A stretch of DNA of 64,000 nucleotides from Carpediemonas membranifera BICM (Eukaryota > Protista > Fornicata), in the NCBI GenBank assembly GCA_019828565.1, contig JAHDYR010000012.1:558001-622000 (forward strand), read 5' to 3'. Below are positions 45,959-56,267 of the stretch, one piece after another. Made by a program: the position numbers and the translations under genes. Position 1 is the first letter of the stretch; every line of letters starts with the position of its first letter. The notes beneath the pieces were generated by a model that was not told the origin of the DNA, ran no database searches, and was given only the letters and a program-made list of their open reading frames with translations.

Positions 45959-47335
45959 TCAACTATGTAAACAATGGGTAGGACCCTGACAGTGGTTCAC
46001 GGTGCGTGCCCTGCAGAGAGGGCAGACGTCAAATCCGGGCGTGAATGTGGGGAGGCCCAGGTGATTGCGGAAGATGGGGGCAACAGCGGCATCGGTTACC
46101 GAGCGCCCAAGAGAGGTCGGGTCGACCATCATGAACGACCGAACGACGTTGGGCGAGACGGCGGCACTCACAGAGAGCTTGGTGGCAATAGATTCCTCAA
46201 CGAGGCGAACCAAGTTCTTCTGCGTGTGGTCGGCGTCAAGAGCCTTCACATCGTCCAAGCCACTAGGCCAGTTCGACGGCGTGTTGAGCTGGGGCGGGAG
46301 ACACTTGATGGCACCCGTCACGCTGTCAGGTGAGCGTGTAACACCCAGCCCTGCCAGTTGTCTCGTGGCCGCGAGGAACGCGGGAGCCCACACGACTGAT
46401 GGCATTGCCAGCGCAAGCCCGCGTCTTTCTACCGGCATACTCAGGCGGAGAGCAAAGTCGTCATCGACCTCAGCCTCGCTCGACAGGATTCGGAGGATGG
46501 CCGGGACCGCCTCTTTCTTCTCAAATCCGAGCTCAGCCTCGTAGAGACCGTTGCCGACTCCACCCGTTGCGGGGGGAACGTTACGGAAGAAGTGCTCCCA
46601 CTTTGTGAGCGCACAATACTTCGCAATGATCAACGCAGGGGCAGTTGCCTCCGGCCCCTCCTTGGCCACCATCTCTCCGGCAGCGTTAAGGAGTTGCATC
46701 ACGCGACAATTGACCTTGGCCAACTCACCCATCGCATGAGCAGCGGACCCAACCGGAACGCCCACGAGGTTTAGGCTGCGTCTTCTTGGGACGCCTCCCG
46801 AGGTGTTGCCGTCGGTAACGTCTCTGTGCGCCACAACGCACTTCGACTTGTTGAGCCGCAGGCCGACTTCGAGGAACTTCTCCCTCGCGATCTCGACAAG
46901 GTTGTTAGCCTCTCGGCCGACACCGGGCGTCTGCAAAGGCCGATCAGTCGTGGCGACAAGATCGTCTTGGTACGCTTGGAGGTGCCAACCCGGGAACGCC
47001 TCGCGCAGAACGTCCAGAATGGGCTTGATGCCCAGGCTGAACAGAATAGGGGACAGGGGATCTCCTTGATGTATGCCCTCAGCTGACCTTATCACTCCTC
47101 CTGACGTGGAGAATAGGAGCCCTTGGCGATACATCGTAGACAGGTAGGGCATGAGAGCAGGCATGTAAGCGCGTACCACGTCGAACATGAACGCCCTAGA
47201 TAGGCATCCATAAGCGTTCGATAAGTCGAGGGAGACAACAGTCCCTCCCTCCTCGTAGACCCTGGTCACGCTGTCACTCAGCCTCTCCAGGCCGCACTTC
47301 TCCCCCACCCCATACTGATCCTTGAGGGTCCGGGA
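45959..47335 (-). pseudogene. Non-LTR retrotransposon RT fragment, CRE/SLACS-like; 5'-truncated and cut at the zinc knuckle before the expected REL endonuclease
   Basis: QYGVGEKCG, LDLSNAYG, GIHQGDPLSP, AYQDD, RLSMPVERRGL, CPLC...THC. Confidence 0.8.
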
Positions 47336-47814
47336 GGGAGCAAACTTTTATGTAATCAACGACGAACTGTCTAGCGAGCGGCGAGGCGCAGCCGAGCTTC
47401 GCGAGCCTGAGCGCAGCGAAGACGTCACTCTAGTGATCAGTATGTCGGGTTTGAGGCACTGCTCGCTCCGAAATCTCCCTTTCGACTCTCCACTCAGTCA
47501 CAACGAACGTAACAGCCAATGACCCTCAGATCACGTTCGAAGTACAGAAACAACATCAATATTAGTGGTTGAGGCCATTAGCCTCAGCTTGACGGTGTGC
47601 AGCATCCGCCTGGCGCACGAATGCGTCAAAGACATGAATTTGCTTGCGCATGGGAGTCTATTGTCGATCCGTCGTTGCGAGGGTTCAAATCTTAAACTGC
47701 GAAATGTTTTTTTTACTTACATACTCATAGCAACACTCACGAAGCACTCAATGACTAACGTGCAACCTGCGTGTGGTCCTGGCGCCAAGTTCAACCGACT
47801 GTAAAAGTTTAATC

Positions 47815-50057
47815 TTAGAAGAGTGGCTCGGCGTACATGCGGTCGATCTCCCCGGCAAACTGGGTGACGAACTCCGCCCTGACGGCCTTGAGGCTAGGGG
47901 TGACGAGCCCCGTGTCGGGGGTCCAGTCGAACGCAGTCACAGCAATGCTCTTCGGCATCTCGAACGGCCTCAGCGCACCCTGGGCCTGTTCTCGCATCCT
48001 GCCGAGCAGCTCTCGCTTGAACGAGTCGGCCTGCATGTCCATGGGTGTCGCCCCGGCCGGAAGAAGACCGTCCGCGATGCAGCGGTCCTTATCAACGGCG
48101 CAGATGACGACCGGGAAGGGCTCCGTGCCGCGGGCGAGCGTGACGTGGGCAGACGTGTACGGCGTCTCGATGGCCGCGTCAATGGCGTCGAGGCTGATGA
48201 ACTCGCCCTGACTCAGTTTCAAGACGTTCTTGAGCCGCCCGATGAGGCGGAAGTTGACGAACCCGTCGACGGTGACGGCCTCGGCGACGTCGCCTGTGTG
48301 GAACCAGCCATCCTCGTCAATAGCCTCGGCCGTGAGCTCGGGCCGCTTGTAGTAGCCCTTGAAGATGGCGTGGCCCCGCATGCAGAGCTCGCCCCTGGGA
48401 TTGGCCCCGCTGGCCTCGTATCTGCCGGGGACGGACACCAGCTTGAGCTCCGTGTTGGGCGTCTGAGCCGCCATGTGGCCCGCGGACGTCTCGTACTTGA
48501 CGGACGAGGCGCCCACGGATTGGGTTTCGGTCAACCCGAAGCCTTGGACGCAGTCATCGAGACAGAGGGCCTCCTTGAGGAATATGAGAACGTTACCGTC
48601 GATAGGGGCAGAGCCGACGAAGATGTTGCGGATTCTACCACCGAGGGCGCCCCTGAACTTCGAATAGACCAGGCGCATGCCCAGAGGCGACGGCTTCACG
48701 GGCTCGCGGCGGAGGTTCTCCTCGAGCACCTGCCTATGGCGCAGGGCGAGGTAGCGGTTGAGGAGGTACTTGGAGACACCGGTGGCCTCCTCGATCTTCT
48801 GAGTCATCGAGTTGTACATCCTCATGAGCACCCGTGGCACACACACAAGCAGGGTCGGGGCGAGGGCCTGTAGATCGGACGTCAACAGCCTGATGTCGCC
48901 GGAGTAGTAGCCGACCGCGTCGCCCCGCCAGAAGGCCATGTGCTCCACAGACCGCTCGAACACGTGGGCCAGGGGTAGGTACGACAGGAGCGTGTCATAG
49001 CGGGGCTTGCCGGGCTTGATCGAGCTGGAGTCGCGGGGTCCGTTGCCCATGATGCTGCTCGCGACAACAATGGCCGTCACGAGGGCGTCGGCGCGGCAGG
49101 GGACACCCTTAGGGCGGTCGGTGGTGCCAGACGAGAACAGGATGGAGAAGGTCTCCTCGGGCTTCCAGCTGTGGTCGGGCTGGGTCGGGGCGGCGTTGCC
49201 CCTAGTGAGAGCGACGTTCCATTCGACGATGGCGGGGCCCTCGGGATAGGGTGCCGTCGAGTCGAGTATCGCCGTGAAGTGGGCCATGTCCGGGGGGATC
49301 GGCGTGTTGTTGACGTCCACGGCGGTCAGGATCGACGGCATCGACGGGGCCGAGGAGAAGACCTCCGAGCGGATCTCCTCCATGGCGAAGACCGCGCTGT
49401 CGTCCTTGTTGCGGAGGTCGATGTTGTGGCGTTCGCAGTACAGTGCTGCCGTGCTGGACAGCAGGCCGTGGTGGTCGACCGGGTCGAACGAGACGACCAG
49501 CTCGAGCGAGGGGATGACGTCCTTGAGTGAGAGCATGAGGGCAGTGTGGCGCTTGTCGACGAAGGCGGCCTTGATCTCGGTCAGGTCGCATATGTACATA
49601 AGGTTATCGATGCCCAGGGCGTCGTAGAGGGGCACGGAGACGAGGCCAGCGGCCTGGCAGGCGAGGTCAGCAAGCATCCACTCGACGCGGTTGCGGCCGT
49701 AGATGACGACGTTGTCGCCGGGCCTTAGCGTCGTAGTGCTGAGGAAGTCGCGCATCTGGTCGACGTAGGTGGCGGTCTGGCGGTACGTGAGCCATTCGAA
49801 TTCACCGTCTGTGTTAGCTGCAGGGAGGGGGACGAACAGTGGTGGATGTCGAGCTTCTTCCGGGCACCAACCATAGGACGATCGGCGTAAAGCTCCACGG
49901 ACTCTCTGTAGGACTTCAGGGGGTTGTAGTTAGCCCAATCGTAGGACTTCATGCGGTCAGTTACGACGTACTCGTTCGATTCGCCGGTAAGACCGCGAGG
50001 GTGTACAGGCAGGATGTATTCTGTGGGTTTCTCAGCGTTAGAAATGTTTTCAGACAT
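47815..50057 (-). CDS. Long-chain acyl-CoA synthetase (ACSL/LACS family); 29-nt intron 49837-49809
   Basis: FSSGTTDRPKG, YLPLAH, GFGLTET, GWFHTGD; intron GTTCGT...CTAACACAG joins HH-Y-GEFEWLTY. Confidence 0.93.
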
Positions 50058-50251
50058 GCTGCTTTTCTCACTTGCTTTTTCGGCTGCGTCAATCCTCCTG
50101 GTAAGTGGAATCGAGCAAAAGTCGCCTGGCCGAAAATCTGGATATGAATGCATCTCGGCCCTGTACCATGCCATGCCCAGGCCAACCCGCAGCCATCCAA
50201 TAGTAGTTTACTGAGAGAGAGTGTGATTCGTCATAAAGTAGTCTAGTTCTA

Positions 50252-52726
50252 TCATCCCCAGAAGAAGTCCCAGAACTCCTCGGGCTCGTCGTCCTGGTCA
50301 ACGATCGCGACCGGTCGCCGCTCCGTCTGGTCGAATGCGGCGGCGATGTCGACGGGGTCCCACTCGCCATCGTACTCCTCCCCGACCCAGACGAAGAGGG
50401 TGCTGCCGATCAGAGGGTCGAGGATGAAGACGCTCGTCTCGGTCAAGTCATCCGAGTCATACAGCTCGAGCTCCTCGAAGTCAACCGACGCCTCCGAAAG
50501 GACTGTCACCTCGAACAGCCGAGCCAACGCCTTGCCCGTGGCGTCGACCTCGGGGGCGGCGTGGGGCTCGCTGCCGCAGCCCTTGACCTGCCCCACTGTG
50601 GGTTGGGTGAACAGTTCGAAGGCGGCATCGAACTCTGTGACGGCCTGGGGGAGGTTCAGCAGCACCCGGTCGGCCGCACCGGGTGTCGGGCGGGGCGGGA
50701 GGGCGACCTTCTGCTCGTCGTACTTGCGGGTCCTGCTGTAGGCGTCGAGGAACGCCATGTCAGCGGCGGACCCCATGAGCTTGAGAGTGTTGCCGTCCCC
50801 ACGAGTGACTGGTGCGTCAGGAGGCAAGCCCAGGGCTGCGAACAGCAGGGGGGCGGTGAGTCTGCCCGACGCGATGAAGTCCGCCTCCTGGACGATGGCG
50901 ACGGCCCCATCCATGAGACCGTACTCCGTGTACAGCCTGACCACGGTGGTCGCCCGGGAGACGTGGGCGGCCTTGTGCTCATCGGGGACCAGCGCGCCGA
51001 CGTACACGTAGATCATGGAGGGCATGGCCACCACGGACACGAAGCGGGAGTCGAGCATCCGTGCTGATGGCCGCTCTCCTGGCCGCTGCGTCGTCACGAG
51101 CGTCGTGTTGGTTGGATCGACGAGCTGCAGCATGAACAGCGTCGGCGTCGAGCACAATCCGTTTTGTAGCCTCTGGCGCCAGTGCAGTAGCTGGCACATG
51201 AAGCCGGCGTTAGGGGAGGCAACTGGTCGCAGTGCCTTCACGCGGCGGTAGACGTCGTCGTAGCTGCCCCTCGTCTGCCACATGAGGTACGCGATGACGA
51301 CGGAGGAGCTGCGGGAGACGCCGAGCTGGCAGTGCACGAGGACCTTGCCTCCCTGCCGCCGGGCGTGCTCGATGAAGTGGATACAGTCAATCAGGAGACC
51401 CTCCAGCCGCTGCGTGGGGCCGTCGTAGAGGCTGTACGTGCGGTACTCGAAGTTGCCCGGGAACATGTTGGGGCAGACAGACCCGGCCATGTTGAGGATG
51501 TGGGTGATGCCGTTGGCTTCAAGCGTCGCCCTGTTGGATGCCACCGTGTACGACGCCAGGAACAGGAAGCTCGTGATCTGCGAGCACATCGGGTCGCAGG
51601 CGCTGACCTTAGCCTTCCTGTCGAGCTCGGGAGGCCTGACGTCCCCGATGAGGTGCTCCATCTGAAGGGCCACCCGGTTCGTCGGTAGCGCGACCACCGG
51701 CGACTCCCGGTCGACAGCATGAGGACCCCGGGCGGTCTGGGGCCCGCTTGGCGACATCGATCGTGGTGTGACGTTAAACTGCACTGACTGTAGCGAGTCT
51801 TTGATGGACGGGGGAACGAAGGCAGTCAGCTCAAGGGGCGAGGACGCCCTGCTGCAGCTGTGTGGTCCGGAGGGGCCCGCGGTGAAGTCAGACGCCGACT
51901 CCGAGAAGATCATGTACGAGTCGTCCGAATCGGAGAACCCGTCTGGACTCGAGACCATGCTGTGACGGACGCGCCTCCTGATCTGTCTGGACATGCACTC
52001 GGTCGGGGTTGGCTCGCACGGGAGGTCCAGGAAGCGTCGGAACCGGCCCTCGTGGAGGCGGGTGATCACGGGATGCGCCTCGAGCGCGGCCTCGGTCGCA
52101 GGCTCGTTGAAATTGAGTAGGTCGTCCTCGAACAGCGATGTGGCAGCGGCGGCCGAGGGGGAGTCCAGCAGCGAGGGCAGGGCCTGGCCGTCGTCGTCGT
52201 GGAGGATGCTCTGCAGCTGCACGGCCTTGGCAAGTGCCATCCCGGATGCAAAGGGCGACGCGCTGACCCCCCTGGCGACATGGATCTCGTATGTTATCCA
52301 CCGTCCGCCCCCGCCCTCGCTGTCGAGCGTCCTGATGTCCCGGGCGCCGTAGTAGGGCGCCGTGAGGGGGTCGGCGCTGATAGAGTCGGCGAAGGACCGC
52401 ACTAGCGCGGACAACTTCCTAGTTTCTCTGTTGCGTGCGCTGTCGAGGCACATGCGCTTCATGTCAGGCGATGTTGTTGCGGAAAGATCGGAGCAACCGA
52501 GCACCTCGCAGCCGGTGATGAAGACATGGAGGATCACGTAGACGCATCGTGCCTCAAAAGCCTCAAAATTCGAGAAATCAACCAGATTAGAGTCTACAGC
52601 CAGCTCATTGGCTATGGTCCCGTCAGAGAAGCGCCAAACTTTCACGTTTGACCTAAATACAGAATCTACCGCTTGTTTTTGGCTACTGTTCTCTAGTTTT
52701 CGTTCTAGAGACAAGTAATTTCCCAT
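50252..52726 (-). CDS. Dual-specificity (MAP kinase) phosphatase with gelsolin-like repeats, plant MKP1-like
   Basis: VHCQLGVSRS, SPNAGF, LDSRFV...IYVYVG, FVWVG...EPEEFW. Confidence 0.88.
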   Translation of the reverse strand: MGNYLSLERKLENSSQKQAVDSVFRSNVKVWRFSDGTIANELAVDSNLVDFSNFEAFEARCVYVILHVFITGCEVLGCSDLSATTSPDMKRMCLDSARNRETRKLSALVRSFADSISADPLTAPYYGARDIRTLDSEGGGGRWITYEIHVARGVSASPFASGMALAKAVQLQSILHDDDGQALPSLLDSPSAAAATSLFEDDLLNFNEPATEAALEAHPVITRLHEGRFRRFLDLPCEPTPTECMSRQIRRRVRHSMVSSPDGFSDSDDSYMIFSESASDFTAGPSGPHSCSRASSPLELTAFVPPSIKDSLQSVQFNVTPRSMSPSGPQTARGPHAVDRESPVVALPTNRVALQMEHLIGDVRPPELDRKAKVSACDPMCSQITSFLFLASYTVASNRATLEANGITHILNMAGSVCPNMFPGNFEYRTYSLYDGPTQRLEGLLIDCIHFIEHARRQGGKVLVHCQLGVSRSSSVVIAYLMWQTRGSYDDVYRRVKALRPVASPNAGFMCQLLHWRQRLQNGLCSTPTLFMLQLVDPTNTTLVTTQRPGERPSARMLDSRFVSVVAMPSMIYVYVGALVPDEHKAAHVSRATTVVRLYTEYGLMDGAVAIVQEADFIASGRLTAPLLFAALGLPPDAPVTRGDGNTLKLMGSAADMAFLDAYSRTRKYDEQKVALPPRPTPGAADRVLLNLPQAVTEFDAAFELFTQPTVGQVKGCGSEPHAAPEVDATGKALARLFEVTVLSEASVDFEELELYDSDDLTETSVFILDPLIGSTLFVWVGEEYDGEWDPVDIAAAFDQTERRPVAIVDQDDEPEEFWDFFWG

Positions 52727-53372
52727 CAAACCGGGTAGATCACAGGCTTTTCGCTCTTGAAAATCGCAGGTTTGCCGAGGCGGTCGATGTGGGTCCGATT
52801 CACGTCAGCTGCGCATCTTTCTCCCAGCACCCTGCTCAGCGGTCGTCATGCCCCCACGCTAGCTCTGCAGTCGCGACATGTGCCGTAGGCTGTATCAGAC
52901 GGGCACCCTCAACAGGGCCGGGCGGACTGTGGTTCTGTTCAGACAGTTGGCCATCGCGTGTCAGTGGGGTTCTACTATAATTTTCATTATTTTGATTCTA
53001 ACGATCTCTGCCGCGGCTGAGGATCCGACAGCTGACGAGGGCCCTTTGACTCAATCGGCCGTTTAATAAAATGCGGGGCAATCGGAGTGCCATCATGGGA
53101 CAAGGCGACACAGCGCCCTTCAGCCCCCATCCAGGTCTGCTGACCCGACCGAACAACCGGTTAAACCCCACGGCCCGGCACACGGCAGAAGAAAGAGCAG
53201 ACAGCCGCGCAGTCTCTGAACACACTGGGCATGCCCATGGTGTCCCTGGCCGTGACGTGGAATGACGGGATCACAATGTGACAGCTGATCTTCATCGAAT
53301 CGAGTCCAATCAGCTGACTTGATGTACTCTCTAAGCCAAGCAAGCCCTGCTCCGCGTGCACGTACGCTCGCT

Positions 53373-54980
53373 ATGCCTAGAAATAGCTCAAAATGCCTTT
53401 CTCGCGATTGCCTGGCCGAACTCGTCGTTGCACCACCGAATGTTGCCCGGAGGTCGCGTTTGAGCAAAATTCTCGCCACTCTCGGCCCTCAGACGACCGA
53501 ACAGCAAATCATAGACTTCTTTGACGCCGGTGCCGATCTGTTCAGGATTAATATGTCGCACATGAAGGAACGCGACCACCGAGTTACCGATATGGTGAAC
53601 GCCATCCGCAAGGTGTCGTCTGACCTCGGCGTCCATATCGGCGTCCTCGTCGACCTCCAGGGCCCCAAGATCCGTTGCGGGTCCTTCGCCAACGGCCCCT
53701 ACGTCCTCGAGCGGGGGCAGAGTTTCACCTTCGACATGGAGCTCGACACCCCCGGAGACCGGACCCGCGTGGGCCTGCCCCACCCTGAGATCTTCAAGGC
53801 CATCGAGGTCGGCCACAACATCCTTGTGAACGACGGCGCCATCGCCATGCGGGTCGATGCAGTGGACCGCGAAAACCTCGTCATCGAGACGACGGTCACC
53901 CAGGAGGGCGAGATCAACAACCGCAAGGGCGTCAACGTCCCCGACACCCTCCTGCCGATGTCCGCGATGACAACGAAGGACCGCCGCGACCTTGCCTTCG
54001 CCCTCGAGCACTCGCCCGACTGGATCGCCCTGTCGTTCGTCCAGACGGCTAGCGACGTCCAGGAGTGCCAGGCTATGGTCCAGGGTAGGGCCCGCGTCAT
54101 GGCAAAGATCGAGAAGCCCCAGGCGCTCGAGAACCTCGTCGAGATCGTCGAGGCGGCCAACGGCATCATGGTAGCCCGCGGTGACCTTGGCGTCGAGCTC
54201 AGTCTGTCCCAGGTGCCGGCCGCCCAGAAGCGGTGCATCAAGCTCGGCCAGGTCCACGGAAAGCCAGTCGTCGTCGCCACACAGATGCTCGAGTCCATGA
54301 TCAGCCGGCCCGTCCCCACCAGGGCCGAGGTCAACGACGTCGCCTGTGCAGTTTATGACGGTGCCGACTGCCTCATGCTGTCCGCCGAGACGGCCATCGG
54401 CAAGTTCCCCCGCAAGGCTGTCCGCACGATGTCCGACTGCATCTGGGAGGTGCAGAAGGACCCCCTCTACCTCAAGTCCGTCCACGCCATCGCGCCAGGC
54501 AGGGAGCACCTCTCCACCCCCGACGCCATTGCCGCCGCCTCGCGGCTAACCGTGAAGGCCCTCGCCGCCTCCGTCATCGTCGTCTACACCCGCTCCGGCG
54601 GCGCGGCTCTCCGTATCTCCCGCGAGCGGCCATCCGCCCTCATTGTGGCGATGACACCCGTCCTGGAGACCGCACGTGCCCTCTCGGCAGTCTGGGGCGT
54701 CCGTGCGGTCCACCTTAAGGAGGACGCCAAGACTTTCAAGGACATGACCCGCATGGCGAACGCGGTGGTTACAGGCCTCGAGGTCGCCTTCCCTGGGGAC
54801 TCCGTCGTCTGCGTCTCCGGCTGGCCGTTCGGGCAGCAGGCCATCAACCTGATGCACGTCCTCAGCGTGACTGAGCCCGAGATGGTCGACGGCCACGTCG
54901 GCTACCGCAACCCCGAGCTCTCCCACAGCAACGAGGACCTTGTCCACGCCCTCAGCGCCACCGAGCTCAACGAGGGCTGA
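53373..54980 (+). CDS. pyk: Pyruvate kinase, bacterial (alphaproteobacterial-like) type; start uncertain (ORF open from 53319)
   Basis: KILATLGP, FRINMSH, DLQGPKIR, AKIEK, IMVARGDLGVE, ATQMLESM, PTRAEVND, MLSAETA. Confidence 0.96.
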   Translation: MPRNSSKCLSRDCLAELVVAPPNVARRSRLSKILATLGPQTTEQQIIDFFDAGADLFRINMSHMKERDHRVTDMVNAIRKVSSDLGVHIGVLVDLQGPKIRCGSFANGPYVLERGQSFTFDMELDTPGDRTRVGLPHPEIFKAIEVGHNILVNDGAIAMRVDAVDRENLVIETTVTQEGEINNRKGVNVPDTLLPMSAMTTKDRRDLAFALEHSPDWIALSFVQTASDVQECQAMVQGRARVMAKIEKPQALENLVEIVEAANGIMVARGDLGVELSLSQVPAAQKRCIKLGQVHGKPVVVATQMLESMISRPVPTRAEVNDVACAVYDGADCLMLSAETAIGKFPRKAVRTMSDCIWEVQKDPLYLKSVHAIAPGREHLSTPDAIAAASRLTVKALAASVIVVYTRSGGAALRISRERPSALIVAMTPVLETARALSAVWGVRAVHLKEDAKTFKDMTRMANAVVTGLEVAFPGDSVVCVSGWPFGQQAINLMHVLSVTEPEMVDGHVGYRNPELSHSNEDLVHALSATELNEG

Positions 54981-55025
54981 GCCTTCACTAAACTTCCGGC
55001 GGTGCATTTTATGTACATGAGACTC

Positions 55026-55940
55026 TCAGTTGTTCCGGCTCATCAGGCTGCGGATCGAGGCCGCGATGCCAAGATGCGAGGCGCTCTTCGGCCTTTCGTT
55101 CCCCTCGTTCGAGTAGTAATTCTGCGGACGGTTGTAGCGCTCGAGGAGGTCCTGGAAGAAAGTCTCGGGGTGCTTGATCGGCTCGGTGTGTCCGTTATAC
55201 TCCAACTTCATCCCGTCGCGGCCCTCGAAGTAGAGGCGCGTGCAGTTCGTCTTCTCGATGCTGTGCATGATGTTGAACTCGTGGGCACCCCCGTCGGCCT
55301 CGACATACTCGATGCGGGCAATCACTGCCACGCTATTCGAGCACAGCCTAAGGACCACAGCGAAGGGCTGGGTGTCGAGCGAGACTACGGCGCTGCTGAA
55401 GGCGGGATGGAAGTAGTACCGGACCCGAGTGATGGTGAGGGCCGCGCCTTTCGGCGGGATGATGTTGAGGGCGACGTTGGACCACCCTGTCTGCCGGAGC
55501 CCCCGCGACCTCGACGACGGGCTGGGCGTGGTCGACATGGCGCTGTTCCGGATGGCCCAGGTGCGGCCGACAGTCTTCGGCGACACCTGGCCGTTGCAGT
55601 TGGGGCAGCGGTTATAGCCCATGTGCATCCAGTGGCTGAGGCACTGCGGGTGGAAGGTGTGTCCGCACGGCAGCGTCTCGATGCCCTCGGCGGTGGAGAT
55701 GCAGCACTGGCACACAGTGCAGAAGGGCGCGGACGAGGGCGAAAGAGGGCTCTCGCCGCCGTCACAGCGATGCAGCTGCTCGGTTATTTTGTCCTTCGTC
55801 ATGTTCTCGGGGCTCAGAAGGGAATCAGTGACGTCGTCGTCAACGGGATTCATGTTTGTTGGTGGATTGCTCATCGGAATCGTGATTTGTGGAATGTAGT
55901 CTGTTATAAGCTGTCGTGCTCGCAGGAATAAGTTCGCCAT
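55026..55940 (-). CDS. RING-H2 finger protein
   Basis: CTVC...LPCGHTFHPQCLSHW...CPNC. Confidence 0.85.
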   Translation of the reverse strand: MANLFLRARQLITDYIPQITIPMSNPPTNMNPVDDDVTDSLLSPENMTKDKITEQLHRCDGGESPLSPSSAPFCTVCQCCISTAEGIETLPCGHTFHPQCLSHWMHMGYNRCPNCNGQVSPKTVGRTWAIRNSAMSTTPSPSSRSRGLRQTGWSNVALNIIPPKGAALTITRVRYYFHPAFSSAVVSLDTQPFAVVLRLCSNSVAVIARIEYVEADGGAHEFNIMHSIEKTNCTRLYFEGRDGMKLEYNGHTEPIKHPETFFQDLLERYNRPQNYYSNEGNERPKSASHLGIAASIRSLMSRNN

Positions 55941-56267
55941 AAGCTACAGCCGTTGCTGTGTCATCGCCATCCATCACATTCGCACTGACACGCTGTAACT
56001 CCATGCGAGTCAGGGGGGCATCGGGGCCAGGGCGGGCCTAGGTGCCATCATGTCGTGGCTGTGGGTGGCCCCACGGCATCGGCAGCGGCGTCCGGGAGGA
56101 GGGGGTGATGAGGGGGTCGAAAAGTGGGAAGAAGCGCTTGCTGAGCGGCATGCTGCTTGTATTACTCCCACTCGCCGCGACAATTGATATTATGGCACGA
56201 CTGCCGTAAACCGTGAGTTTTTCGTTTTTTCGCGCAGGGTAGCCTTCTTCGAGGGCGCATACCAAGA

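Noticed and set aside
49807-49848. AT-AC intron in the acyl-CoA synthetase
   Set aside because: A canonical 29-nt GT-AG intron restores the frame equally well and matches the other introns
52789-53361. Possible small gene between the phosphatase and pyruvate kinase
   Set aside because: Several short overlapping ORFs, none with recognisable motifs
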